In this document: in pieces, positions 1-9,503 of the stretch
Layout: each line of letters opens with the position of its first letter
How positions within the stretch are numbered: position 1 is the first letter of the stretch
The notes under the pieces: model-generated
What the model was told of the DNA's origin: nothing
Databases searched by the model: none
What the model saw: the letters and a program-made list of their open reading frames with translations, nothing else
Translations under genes and position numbers: made by a program
Origin: Nitrospirales bacterium
GTDB lineage: Bacteria > Nitrospirota > Thermodesulfovibrionia > Thermodesulfovibrionales > Dissulfurispiraceae
Length of the DNA: 34,431 nt
Assembly (NCBI GenBank): GCA_020846375.1
Contig: JADLDZ010000110.1
Location: 1 to 34,431 of the forward strand
Direction of reading: 5' to 3'

Positions 1-107
1 AAGAAAAAACGGTAAGCTCAGTGCTGCCAATTAACCCCGTTCGACTTGCATGTGTTAAGCACGCCGCCAGCGTTCGTTCTGAGCCAGGATCAAACTCTCA
101 TTAGTTT
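1..107 (-). rRNA. rrs: 16S rRNA gene, 5' end only (gene continues past the left edge of the window)
   Basis: The reverse complement of 1-100 reads TGAGAGTTTGATCCTGGCTCAGAACGAACGCTGGCGGCGTGCTTAACACATGCAAGTCGAACGG..., the universal 5' region of bacterial 16S rRNA. The position of the mature 5' end is approximate. Confidence 0.95.
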
Positions 108-287
108 TCTTCCTGTTAAACTCAAACTCATTGACAGAATCTACCTTTAGTTTTCAAAGAACAAAAAGCTCCACAGTGCCAAAAGCTTTCAAGCTCACTT
201 GCCTGTTATAAGGTACGTTCGCTTGAACCTTACGGCATTGCAGAGTGATCAGCAAACTGCTACAACTCAAAGAACATCAATGTCTTT

Positions 288-316
288 ACTTTACCAAATC
301 CTACCGTTTCTGTCAA
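288..316 (-). promoter_or_regulatory. Candidate downstream rRNA promoter (sigma70-type)
   Basis: The minus strand reads TTGACA (316-311), a 17-nt spacer, then TAAAGT (293-288), about 190 nt upstream of the 16S 5' end. Confidence 0.4.
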
Positions 317-448
317 CCCCTGATAAAGTTTCCAAAAAAACAACAACTTACAGAGAACAGCCTTTGCCTGACTGCAAACGGTATCTTCTGCGCGGTGAGC
401 ACGGAAGTGCAAAGCAATGTACGCCGATGATCTCAAAGAACATGTTTC

Positions 449-478
449 ACAATAACAGATTCTTAAATGGAACGTCAA
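449..478 (-). promoter_or_regulatory. Candidate upstream rRNA promoter (sigma70-type with extended -10)
   Basis: The minus strand reads TTGACG (478-473), an 18-nt spacer containing TG, then TATTGT (454-449). It lies between the rsmG stop and the 16S 5' end. Confidence 0.35.
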
Positions 479-528
479 CAAACCCGGCTCGGGGCAGAAA
501 GAGGGAAACGCAAAAGGGAAAGAACGCG

Positions 529-1176
529 CTACAGCGGCGCGTTCAGAGAGATCCTCACGAGGTGCCGCTCAAGGGAAGTCAGCGGAAGAGGGATGTCCCG
601 TATCTCGTACCGGGCAGACGCAGGCAGATCCTTCAACTCCTCAGAAAGCCTGGGGCCTTTGCTAGCAAGAAGGAACCCGCCTTTCTTTACGACATGCCCC
701 GCCTTTTTGATAAAATCCCCTAAGGTGAAGAGAGCTCTGGTAACCGCCATATCGAAAGAGCGGTCCCGCATCTCTTCCACCCGGGCACTGACAATTTCTA
801 CATTGTCGAGGGTAAGCACTCTTTTAAGATGCTTGAGGAACGCTGTTTTCTTCCGGGATGGCTCTATGAGAACTACGGTCAGTTCCGGCCGGACAGCCGC
901 CAGCGGCACTCCCGGAAAGCCGGCACCGCTGCCCACATCGGCAAGACTCCCGCTCCCTTCCGGGATGAAGGTGAGGTAAAGAAGCGAGTCGAGGAAATGT
1001 TTGGTGATGATATCCCTGTCGCTCTCCAGGCCGGTGAGGTTATAGGCGCGGTTCCATCGCTTCAATTCCTGAAGGTACGTAGAAAAGAGGGGGACCAGGG
1101 AATCCGCAGAACAGATACCCGGTTTCGGCCCCAGCGTGCGGAGGCCCTCCGTCAGGAGTTGCCGGACCGTCTCCAT
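529..1176 (-). CDS. rsmG: 16S rRNA (guanine527-N7)-methyltransferase RsmG (GidB)
   Basis: 215-aa ORF with the SAM-binding motif DVGSGAGFPGVPLA and a typical RsmG length. It lies immediately downstream of mnmG and overlaps it, the classical gidA-gidB arrangement. Confidence 0.9.
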   Translation of the reverse strand: METVRQLLTEGLRTLGPKPGICSADSLVPLFSTYLQELKRWNRAYNLTGLESDRDIITKHFLDSLLYLTFIPEGSGSLADVGSGAGFPGVPLAAVRPELTVVLIEPSRKKTAFLKHLKRVLTLDNVEIVSARVEEMRDRSFDMAVTRALFTLGDFIKKAGHVVKKGGFLLASKGPRLSEELKDLPASARYEIRDIPLPLTSLERHLVRISLNAPL

Positions 1177-3035
1177 TGCCTCTCCACCGCTACGAGCAGG
1201 ACCGCTACTGCTGCGGGGGTGATGCCCGGAATCCTGCTTGCCTGTCCTATGTTTTCCGGCTGTACCCGTGCCAGCTTTTCCACCACTTCCCGCGACAGTC
1301 CGGGAATCGCCTTGAAATCGAGGCCCGACGGAATCCTTTTCGACTCAAACGCATCCGCCCTCTCCGCCATTTCCACCTGCTTCCGGATATACCCTTCGTA
1401 CTTGACATGTATCTCGACAAGGCTCTCTACTTCAGGGCCGAGTTCAGAGGGGGGAGCTGCATACCGTTTGAGGAACGAATAGTGCACCTCAGGCCTCTTT
1501 AGGAGCTTTTCGAGAGTCACGTCCCCTGCCAAAGCAGAGGTGCCCAGTGCGGAGAGTCCCTCGTTCACCGCCAGGGAAGGTTTGATCCTCTCCCCCCTGA
1601 GCCTCCCTATTTCAGCCGCCAATGCCCTTTTCTTCCCGGAGTACCTCTCGTAGGCCTCCCCGGAAACGAGGCCAAGGGCATAGCCCTTTTCAGAGAGCCT
1701 GAAATCGGCATTATCATGCCGGAGGAGCAGACGGTATTCCGCGCGTGACGTGAACATCCGGTACGGTTCACTCGTCCCCTTTGTCACCAGGTCGTCGATC
1801 AGCACGCCGATGTACGCCTCGTCGCGCTTAAGGAGCAGGGGAGGGCAGCCCTTCAGCTTCATGGCTGCATTGACCCCCGCCATTAACCCTTGGGCAGCTG
1901 CCTCCTCGTACCCTGAAGTGCCATTGATCTGCCCCCCGAGGAAAAGTCCTTCCACTCCCTTTGTCTCGAGGCTATGCTTCAACTGCGACGGAAACACGAA
2001 ATCGTACTCGATTGCATAGGCCGGTCTCATGATCTCCGCATTCTCCAGGCCCTCGATGCTTCTCACCAGCCCTACCTGCACATCGTAGGGCAGGCTCGTC
2101 GAAATCCCGTTTGCATAGTACTCCGTCGTCTCCAACCCCTCCGGCTCAAGGAAAATCTGGTGGCGCTCCTTGTCGGCAAACCGCACCACCTTGTCCTCGA
2201 TGGAGGGACAGTAGCGGGGACCGACCCCTTTGATACGTCAGCTGTAAAGCGGTGACCGGTCGAGTCCCCCCCGGATTATCTCATGGGTCTTCTGATTTGT
2301 GTAGGTTATGTAACAGGGCAGTTGGGGATTCGTTATCCTCTCTGTCGAATAGGAAAAAGGGACCGGCGGATCATCGCCCCACTGCGGCGTTGTCCGGGAA
2401 AAATCGATGCTCCGCGAATCCAGCCGCGGAGGCGTGCCCGTCTTCAGCCTCCCCATTTCGAGTCCCAGCTCACGCAGGGAGTCCGACAGACCGATGGAGG
2501 GAAACTCACCCGCCCTCCCGGCCTGGAAGTTCTCGAGACCGATATGGATCAGCCCCTTGAGAAAGGTGCCCGTGGTGACGACAACAGCCCTTGCCGCATA
2601 GAAGACCCCGAGGGAGGAGACCACCCCCTTCACCGTGCCGCCTTCTGCCACGATCCTCTCGACCATCCCCTGCTTGATAACGAGGCGCTCCTGCCTCTCC
2701 AAGGAACGGCGCATCGCCCGCTTGTAGAGCATCCTGTCGATCTGTGCCCGCAAGGACCATACTGCGGGACCCTTGGAGAGGTTCAGCATTCTGAACTGTA
2801 TTCCCGCCTGATCGGTCACCTTCGCCATCTCCCCCCCGAGGGCGTCGATCTCGCGGACGAGGTGTCCTTTGGCGAGTCCCCCAACCGCGGGGTTGCAGGA
2901 GAGATGGGCAATGGTATCGAGGTTGATGGTAAAAAGGCAGGTCTCCATTCCGAGGCGGGCAGCAGAAAGAGCGGCCTCGCACCCGGCATGGCCGGCACCG
3001 ACGACAATCACGTCATAATCTTGCTCTTTAAACAT
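1152..3035 (-). pseudogene. mnmG: tRNA uridine-5-carboxymethylaminomethyl modification enzyme MnmG (GidA), interrupted by one in-frame TGA at 2238-2240
   Basis: The N-terminal ORF carries MFKEQDYDVIVVGAGHAGCEAA (FAD-binding). The C-terminal ORF carries VRFADKERHQIFLEPEG...GQINGTSGYEEAAAQG. Both ORFs are in the same frame. Reading across the gap gives [28 protein letters not shown], which is colinear with E. coli [25 protein letters not shown]. The start is taken at the ATG at 3035. Confidence 0.9.
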
Positions 3036-4638
3036 GAACCTATTTATTATAGCATTAATGAACATCCCGGTATTCGAACACACGGTCGCTCCCCTCCGCT
3101 CCCGTATCCGCAATGAATCAGAATCCCTACAGAACGTCGCCCATCTGATCAAATACGATCCCGGGCTGTATTCCTCCCTTCTCCAGTTCATTAACGGACC
3201 GGCAGGGAGAAGCGAAGTGAGCACGGTATCCCAGGCCATCTCCCTTCTTGGTGCAGAGAAAGTGGAGCGGCATATTCTTCAACAGGATTCTTTCCTGGAT
3301 TCCTCCTTCCTCTTCTTCTGGTGCTATACGGTGCTGGCAGGGGAGACAGCGGCCGCCCTCAACAGAAGGGCGGATATTGCCGGAGAGGGGGAGGCTTTTT
3401 TTGTCGGCATCCTCCCTTCCGTCGGGATGCTCCTGGTGCTGGGGGAAGAGGTATCGTACGGAAAAGTGCTCGATATTCTTCTGAAGGTCCCCACGGAAGA
3501 TAAGCTCTTTATCGAGGACAGGCTTTTCACGACAAACCACCTGAAACAGCTCGGAGAACGGCTGCCGCTCCCGAAGATATACCGTGACACGATCAGCATG
3601 ACGAGATTCTTCTTTACCCCGGAAGGGCAGCAGGCGTCTTCCCCGGAAGACCCGGCGCGGTATTCCGTTGCCCATGCTTCGCTGCAGCTCTACCGCCTGA
3701 TGGAAGCCAGTGCGTCCGCTGCCCGTTGTTTAGTTTTCCCCCTGGTGGCGGAAGCACAGGAAAAATTCAAGGAATTGGCAAAGAGATATTTCAGAATTCC
3801 TGAAAGCGAGGTCGAGGAACTGCTGGCGGACAGCATCGAGCGCTTCGAAGAGGTCTGCAGGGAGTTCGGCATACAGGAGGAGACAGAGACACTCCTTTCG
3901 CTGCCGGAGAGAGCCGAAGCTCCCAGGATTACCTTTCTCACGGTCTCTGAAAGGATAAAGGCAGCACTGAGTGAGGTGGAGGCAGCAAACCGGATGGAGC
4001 GGAATATAGTGCTCCATGGAGAAACAGGAACAGGGAAAAGGTTGTTGGCAGTGGCACTCCATCGCCGCTCCGACAACCCGCGAAGGAATAAGCCTTTCCT
4101 TTCCTACCACTGCAGAACCCTGGACAGTGAAATGTTCGAAATAGAGCTCTTCGGGGCGAAGGGAGGGTTCCTGGGCATCGAAAAGCATAAAGGCGCGCTG
4201 GAAATGGCGAACGGAGGAAGTATTCTCCTGAAGGATATCGATGCCCTCCCCCTTCCTTTGCAGGAAAAGCTCGCGGAGGTTTTCAGCAAGGATGAATTTT
4301 ACAAGATCGGGGAGATGCGCCCTGCAGCATTCGACATCCGTTTTTTTCTCACCTCCCGGAAGAATATCATCCAGGAGGCGAAAAAGGGAAATTTTTCAGT
4401 ACGCCTCCTGGAGGCGCTCGGGCCTGTCAGCATGCACATTCCCCCGCTTCGCGAGCGGCGGCAGGACATCGGACTCATTGCTGACGGCATCATTGAGAAG
4501 TATGATCTCTTCATCAGAGACCCCGCCCTTCGGCTCGGACTGAACGAGTACTACGAGAAAGATCCCTTCCCCGGCAATCTGAAGAGCCTGAAGCGGCTTC
4601 TATGGTATCTCTCTGCCAAACACCGCCTTATAGCGTAG
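3034..4638 (+). CDS. HDOD-domain protein fused to a degenerate sigma54-interaction (AAA+) domain, with no C-terminal HTH
   Basis: The N-terminus (LQNVAHLIKYDPGLYSSLLQFINGP...VSQAISLLGAEKV) looks like an HDOD domain. The C-terminal half has Walker A GETGTGKR and PPLRERRQDI. The GAFTGA loop reads GGFLGI and Walker B reads LLKDID rather than the usual LFLDEI. The start may instead be the ATG at 3058. Confidence 0.7.
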   Translation: MNLFIIALMNIPVFEHTVAPLRSRIRNESESLQNVAHLIKYDPGLYSSLLQFINGPAGRSEVSTVSQAISLLGAEKVERHILQQDSFLDSSFLFFWCYTVLAGETAAALNRRADIAGEGEAFFVGILPSVGMLLVLGEEVSYGKVLDILLKVPTEDKLFIEDRLFTTNHLKQLGERLPLPKIYRDTISMTRFFFTPEGQQASSPEDPARYSVAHASLQLYRLMEASASAARCLVFPLVAEAQEKFKELAKRYFRIPESEVEELLADSIERFEEVCREFGIQEETETLLSLPERAEAPRITFLTVSERIKAALSEVEAANRMERNIVLHGETGTGKRLLAVALHRRSDNPRRNKPFLSYHCRTLDSEMFEIELFGAKGGFLGIEKHKGALEMANGGSILLKDIDALPLPLQEKLAEVFSKDEFYKIGEMRPAAFDIRFFLTSRKNIIQEAKKGNFSVRLLEALGPVSMHIPPLRERRQDIGLIADGIIEKYDLFIRDPALRLGLNEYYEKDPFPGNLKSLKRLLWYLSAKHRLIA

Positions 4639-5580
4639 ATACTCCAGCAGCCCCCAGATCCCTGTCACAAATACGGAAAAGAACCATAAAAGAGAGAGGC
4701 TTATCGCGCTCTCCGGAGCGATTCCCGCTGACCCCAGCAGGAAGACGAACGCTCCCTCCCGCAAGCCGATGCCGGATACGGTGACGGGAATCATCGAAAA
4801 AAGAATGATCATGGGCAGGAAGACCAGGAGGGAGAGGAAAGAGAGGGAGAGATGGAGCCCCATTGACAACAGATAGACAGAGAGCACGCCCAGGAGCTGG
4901 ATCGCAAGAGAATAGATGAAGGCTTTCAACAGTGCCTCCGTTTGCGAACGGTAAAACTGAAGGTACTGATAGGCGTGAAGGAGGAACCGCAGGCGCTCTC
5001 CCACCCGGAATGCGAAAATGAGGAGGCTCACTAAAAGAAACGCAAGGGCGATGAGGGGGATTACCCATATCACCGGCCACTTCATCGAGGCATTTTTCAG
5101 ATAATGCATCCCGAAAGGGAACGCCGCAACGCTGAGGGAAATGAGGGCGCCGAGTCCAACATACCTGTCCATGAAGACCGAGGCGATTGCACCCGTCAGA
5201 GAGGGGGGAAACGAGGAATCCCGCCCTTCTGCGCCGTACCTTTTCATTTCCTTGCTCAGGTAGTACGCCTTTACCGCATCTCCCCCCACTCCCCCTGGAA
5301 GATAGTTGTTGAAAAAAGAGCCGATGAGATACATGCTGAAGAGCCTTCCCGTTCCGATAGGCTGTGGAACGAGCAGCTTCCAGCGCAGCGTCGAGAGAAA
5401 GGCGGCAACCAGGGAAATGCCGATCGCTGCGAGGAAAACGGCGGGCTCCATCTGCCGGAGCGTAGCAAGGAGGGTAGTGCGCTCAACCTTTGCTAGCAGG
5501 AAGACAATGAGAGAAGCGCTCACCAGCAGCTTAAGAGCCAGGAGCCCTGTTTTGACGAGTATCCTACCTGCCCGCGCCAA
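4600..5580 (-). CDS. Multi-pass membrane protein, flippase-like / LPG-synthase-TM (UPF0104) family
   Basis: Highly hydrophobic ORF with the motif YLIGSFFNNYLPGGVGGDAVKAYYL, typical of this family. The start is proposed at TTG 5580. The longest ORF runs to 5682 but overlaps the upstream GT2 gene by 118 nt. Confidence 0.6.
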   Translation of the reverse strand: MARAGRILVKTGLLALKLLVSASLIVFLLAKVERTTLLATLRQMEPAVFLAAIGISLVAAFLSTLRWKLLVPQPIGTGRLFSMYLIGSFFNNYLPGGVGGDAVKAYYLSKEMKRYGAEGRDSSFPPSLTGAIASVFMDRYVGLGALISLSVAAFPFGMHYLKNASMKWPVIWVIPLIALAFLLVSLLIFAFRVGERLRFLLHAYQYLQFYRSQTEALLKAFIYSLAIQLLGVLSVYLLSMGLHLSLSFLSLLVFLPMIILFSMIPVTVSGIGLREGAFVFLLGSAGIAPESAISLSLLWFFSVFVTGIWGLLEYLRYKAVFGREIP

Positions 5581-6508
5581 TGACTTTCTTGATTGCGTAG
5601 ATAGGTTTTTTCTGGCTCTCGTGGTAGACCCGCACCAACATCTCGCCAAGGAGCCCCATGCCCACAAACTGCACCCCCACAATGATCAGCAACACTCCCA
5701 GGAGCAGAAGGGGTCTCCCACCGATATCCACTCCCTTCAGGATCTTCGCAGCGGAGAGATAGAGGGAGATCCCGCATCCCGCAAAACCGAAAAGCACTCC
5801 TATGGGACCGAAAAACTGCATCGGCTTCGTCGAAAAGCTCTGGAGAAACTTTACGGTGACAAGGTCCAGCAGCACCTTGAGCGTCCGGGAGATGCCGTAC
5901 TTCGATTTGCCCCTCAGCCTCGGGTGATGGGTAGTTTCGATCTCTGCGATCCTGACACCGTACCAGCTTGCCACCGCCGGAATAAAACGGTGCATCTCTC
6001 CGTAAAGCCGCAGGTTCTTCACTACGTCCCGACGGTACGCCTTCAGGGAGCATCCGTAATCATGGAGCCGCACCCCGGTCACCCTGCTGATGAGCCAGTT
6101 TGCCATCATGGAGGGCAGCCGTCTGGTGATAAAAGGATCTTTGCGCCTTTTCCTCCATCCACTGACCAGATCATACTCCCTGATCACTTCCAGGAGACGC
6201 GGGATGTCATGGGGATCATTTTGGAGGTCACCATCCATGGTAACGACAATTTCTCCCCGTGCGAAGTCGAAGCCCGCGGCAAAAGCCGCGGTCTGTCCGA
6301 AATTCCTCCTAAGGCTGAGGACAAGGATGTTCCTGCTCTTCTTCTGAATTTCTTCAAGGAGGGGCAGCGTCCTGTCGTCGCTGCCGTCATCCACATAGAT
6401 GATCTCGTACTCCAGTGCATTTCCGTCCAGGACTTCCGTTAGCCTCTCATGGAGGGTCTCTACATTATCTTCTTCATTAAAAAGAGGCACTACAATCGAT
6501 ACCGTCAT
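5564..6508 (-). CDS. Family-2 glycosyltransferase, polyprenyl-phosphate sugar transferase (ArnC/GtrB/DPM1-like)
   Basis: The sequence starts MTVSIVVPLFNEEDNV and continues ...YVDDGSDDRT...MDGDLQNDP (DXD motif). Two C-terminal TM helices are present. Confidence 0.85.
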   Translation of the reverse strand: MTVSIVVPLFNEEDNVETLHERLTEVLDGNALEYEIIYVDDGSDDRTLPLLEEIQKKSRNILVLSLRRNFGQTAAFAAGFDFARGEIVVTMDGDLQNDPHDIPRLLEVIREYDLVSGWRKRRKDPFITRRLPSMMANWLISRVTGVRLHDYGCSLKAYRRDVVKNLRLYGEMHRFIPAVASWYGVRIAEIETTHHPRLRGKSKYGISRTLKVLLDLVTVKFLQSFSTKPMQFFGPIGVLFGFAGCGISLYLSAAKILKGVDIGGRPLLLLGVLLIIVGVQFVGMGLLGEMLVRVYHESQKKPIYAIKKVIGAGR

Positions 6509-6517
6509 TCCCCTCTC

Positions 6518-8704
6518 CTAAAACGTCGCCGGCTCCTCTCTCTCCAAGCCCTTGAAATTATAACAGATGAAAAGGGAATACTCCCGCAGCAGATATTCCC
6601 TTTCGGTAACGGTAACTGTTTTTTTCTCGCAGGAGTCGAAAGCCCGGGCCACTTCCCGGGGGACTTCCTTCCTGCTTATTGTAACAAAGATACCGTTAAT
6701 CATGCCGGTGGAGGACGACCCCGCTCTCCTTCTGATGTTTTGCGCTTCCGCATTCATGTCGGGCCACAGGTCATACTGGTTCATACGCCTGCCAAGGTTG
6801 AGGGAGAAGGTCCTCGGATGACCTTCCACGTAGAATGCCAGCTCGCTTGCCACCTGATAACTATCGGAGAAGAGAAGTACATGCCCTTTTTGCGAAAGAG
6901 CCGTATGCATCCGGGTGGCCTCCCTCCCCAGCTCTTTCCAGCCGCGCAGGCGGGACGAGGGGTCCTTTTTCGGCGGCATCTGCAGGAGGGAGGGATAATG
7001 GCTCACGGAAAAGACAAGGAAGACCAGGGACAACGTACTGAAAAGTAATATTTTTCTTCCTCTCCTCCCATCCTTTCCCACAGCTGTATTGCCCCCGAAA
7101 TAGAGACGCGAGAAGGCAATCAATCCGGTAATGTATCCTGTTATCGCCCAATTGACCTGCACCTTGCCCTGAATGCTCTTGATCAGGAAGAAAAAGAGAA
7201 TGGGCAGGGAGAAGCTGAGGAGAAAGGTGGGGACCGGTCCGCCCTCCCGTGAGCGGAGGGCAAAAAGAGAATAAAACAGGAGGAGGAAGAGAAAAGGGGT
7301 CACCACACCTACCTGTGAGCCCAGGAACTCGAAAAAGCTCCTCGGAGAAAAAACAAACCCCGCTGCAACATGAGCCTGCCCGGCCGTGTGCTTTATGGTA
7401 ACCCAGTCATGGTGCATATTCCAGATGATGACGGGACTGAAAACGAGAAGACTCACCAGCAAAGCAGTATAGGGTTTTCCCGTTTTCAGCAGGAAGCGCT
7501 TTTCCGAAATAAGGAGAAAAAGGAACGCCGACACATAGAAGAACACCATGGTATACTTCGTAAGAAGTCCAAGCCCCACAGAGATGCCGAGGAGAACCCA
7601 GGGTAAGTAGAGGGAGGCGCCGCTTCCGTTTTTTTCTGTTCCCGGCCGCGACTCCTCCTTCACCGCAACCCAAAACAGAAGAAGCGACAGGACCCAGAAG
7701 AAAATAAAAGGAGAATCGATGCTGAAGACCACCCCGAACGGTGCAAAGAGGGGGACAACCTGGAGCAGGAGTGCAGCAATGCACCCTGCGTATGTTTCAG
7801 GCGGAGCGCCGTTCGCGGTGCTTCCCGCCACGTTTCCGTAGAGGATATTGACAAGCCTGAAAAGGAGAAGACTACTCGCCACCGAGAAGAGCACCGCCAT
7901 GATCCGTATCCCGAAGACGGTATCTCCGAAGAGCGAGGTCCCCAGGAAGATCAGATAGGAGATCATGGGGCCTTTCGAGTAATAGCTGAGATCGAGCCGT
8001 CTCGACCACTCCCAATAATGGGCTTCGTCCGGGCTGAGATCCAGTGGGCCGTGCAGAATGTAATAGATACGGAACAGGCTCAGTGCAGCCAGACCGGTGA
8101 AAAGGACTGCAGAAGCAGGCCGTATTCTGTATACGGTTCGCACCCTGTGCAAGAGGGCCACCATTACGAGGGAAACGACTGCGCCAACCATGCCTCCTGC
8201 AAGGATATCTGAGGGATAATGGACACCGACATATACACGGGAATATGAAATAAGAGCAGCGACAACGAAGGGATATACTCCCGCCTTCCATGAAACATGC
8301 TTCCGCGTGCAATAAAAAAGAGCAAACGCCATCGCAAAGGCACCGGAGGCGTGATTGGAGGGCATTGAGCCTGAACTTGTGCATCCCACCAGCACGTTTA
8401 CCCCCTGAAGGGCTTTACAGGGGCGGGCTCTCAAAAAGATATTTTTCATTTCGTTCGAAATCCAGTCGGTCATCAGAAAGGAAAGGAAAGCCATAAGGAG
8501 CGCCCAGAAAACCGCATCAAAAAGAAGGGTAGTACCCTGCACTCTTTTTTCCTTATATCCCTTCCACGAGAGAGCAAGGGGGTAAAGGAACAGCAGGAGG
8601 ACTCCCCTCCCCGTCAGGACAGGCATGATGCTGTCCAAAAGGGGATGGGAAGTGCCGTGGTTGACGGCAAAAAAAAGCAATGTATCGAGCGTGAGCAGAT
8701 CCAT
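6518..8704 (-). CDS. Fusion of a PAP2 phosphatase domain with an ArnT/PMT-like (GT39/GT83-type) membrane glycosyltransferase
   Basis: PAP2 motifs are present at the N-terminus (KxxxxxxRP as FLRARP, PSNH as SMPSNHASGAFA, SRVYVGVHYPSD). They are followed by DEAHYWEWSRRLDLSYYSKGPM and about ten TM segments typical of ArnT-like enzymes. Confidence 0.8.
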   Translation of the reverse strand: MDLLTLDTLLFFAVNHGTSHPLLDSIMPVLTGRGVLLLFLYPLALSWKGYKEKRVQGTTLLFDAVFWALLMAFLSFLMTDWISNEMKNIFLRARPCKALQGVNVLVGCTSSGSMPSNHASGAFAMAFALFYCTRKHVSWKAGVYPFVVAALISYSRVYVGVHYPSDILAGGMVGAVVSLVMVALLHRVRTVYRIRPASAVLFTGLAALSLFRIYYILHGPLDLSPDEAHYWEWSRRLDLSYYSKGPMISYLIFLGTSLFGDTVFGIRIMAVLFSVASSLLLFRLVNILYGNVAGSTANGAPPETYAGCIAALLLQVVPLFAPFGVVFSIDSPFIFFWVLSLLLFWVAVKEESRPGTEKNGSGASLYLPWVLLGISVGLGLLTKYTMVFFYVSAFLFLLISEKRFLLKTGKPYTALLVSLLVFSPVIIWNMHHDWVTIKHTAGQAHVAAGFVFSPRSFFEFLGSQVGVVTPFLFLLLFYSLFALRSREGGPVPTFLLSFSLPILFFFLIKSIQGKVQVNWAITGYITGLIAFSRLYFGGNTAVGKDGRRGRKILLFSTLSLVFLVFSVSHYPSLLQMPPKKDPSSRLRGWKELGREATRMHTALSQKGHVLLFSDSYQVASELAFYVEGHPRTFSLNLGRRMNQYDLWPDMNAEAQNIRRRAGSSSTGMINGIFVTISRKEVPREVARAFDSCEKKTVTVTEREYLLREYSLFICYNFKGLEREEPATF

Positions 8705-9007
8705 CAGTGTCCCGAATTCCTAAACGGATAAAATATGCTACCAGGCCAGATATGTTACCATATGCAGTAGATTCAGGTCGTGTACGGGAAGTATTTCTTT
8801 GCTTGCACCTCCGGCTTCCCGTTTTCTTACGGACGAAAGAGCCGGCGCTCGGACAGCGAAGCAAGGCGGACTGAAACGGAAAGGGTTCGCTATTTTTGCT
8901 TACTTCCAAGATATATTTGCATATATTGGGCAGCCGGTCGCAGGAGAAGACAGTGTGCAAACACACCCTCGTACTCAAAACCGCTGTTGCACAGGGGGCA
9001 AACATTT

Positions 9008-9475
9008 ATGGTTACTATTGTACCTGCAGAAGAGGGTGAACTCCTTGCACAAGTGAAAGAGCTCTTCAGGGAATATGCTGCAGCTCTTGGATGCAATCCC
9101 TGCTTTAAGAATCTCGAGCTCGAAATAGCTGCTCTTCCCGGTGGCTACGGTCCACCCGAAGGTTCTCTGCTCGTGGCCCGGCACGAAAGCAGGGTGGCAG
9201 GATGTGTTGCATTGAAGAAGCTGGACAGGGATGCCTGCGAAATGAAGAGGCTCTATGTACGTCCCGAATTCCGGGGAAAGGGCATCGGCAAGGCCCTCGT
9301 TCTTTCCGCGGTAGAAGACGCCCGCAGGATGAGCTACCATCGTATCCGCCTCAACACCCTTCCTTCCATGAAAGAGGCGATCCCTCTCTATCACTCCCTC
9401 GGGTTTCAAGACATAGAGCCCTATGATGCTACTCCTATCACAGGTGCTCTCTATATGGAATTCACGATTACCTGA
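9008..9475 (+). CDS. GNAT family N-acetyltransferase
   Basis: The acetyl-CoA binding motif RLYVRPEFRGKGIGKAL is present. The start is taken at ATG 9008 (MVTIVPAEE); the longer ORF from 8780 lacks homology-like sequence. Confidence 0.8.
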   Translation: MVTIVPAEEGELLAQVKELFREYAAALGCNPCFKNLELEIAALPGGYGPPEGSLLVARHESRVAGCVALKKLDRDACEMKRLYVRPEFRGKGIGKALVLSAVEDARRMSYHRIRLNTLPSMKEAIPLYHSLGFQDIEPYDATPITGALYMEFTIT

Positions 9476-9503
9476 ACAGCAGAGCGGCAGGCACAGCCGG
9501 ACT

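Noticed and set aside
199-979. ORFs 199..723, 245..430, 260..481 and 467..979 between the 16S 5' end and rsmG.
   Set aside because: They lie in the rRNA leader and promoter region or antisense to rsmG, and have no protein-like motifs. They were treated as non-coding.
2238-2240. Possibility that UGA is reassigned genome-wide, either to Gly (code 25) or to Trp (code 4).
   Set aside because: The two internal TGAs in the window align with different residues: Gly in mnmG and probably Trp in the HTH gene. TGA also serves as the apparent genuine stop for 4 backbone and 9 island genes. Long genes such as clpB and hsdR contain no in-frame TGA. Isolated nonsense changes or read-through explain the data better.
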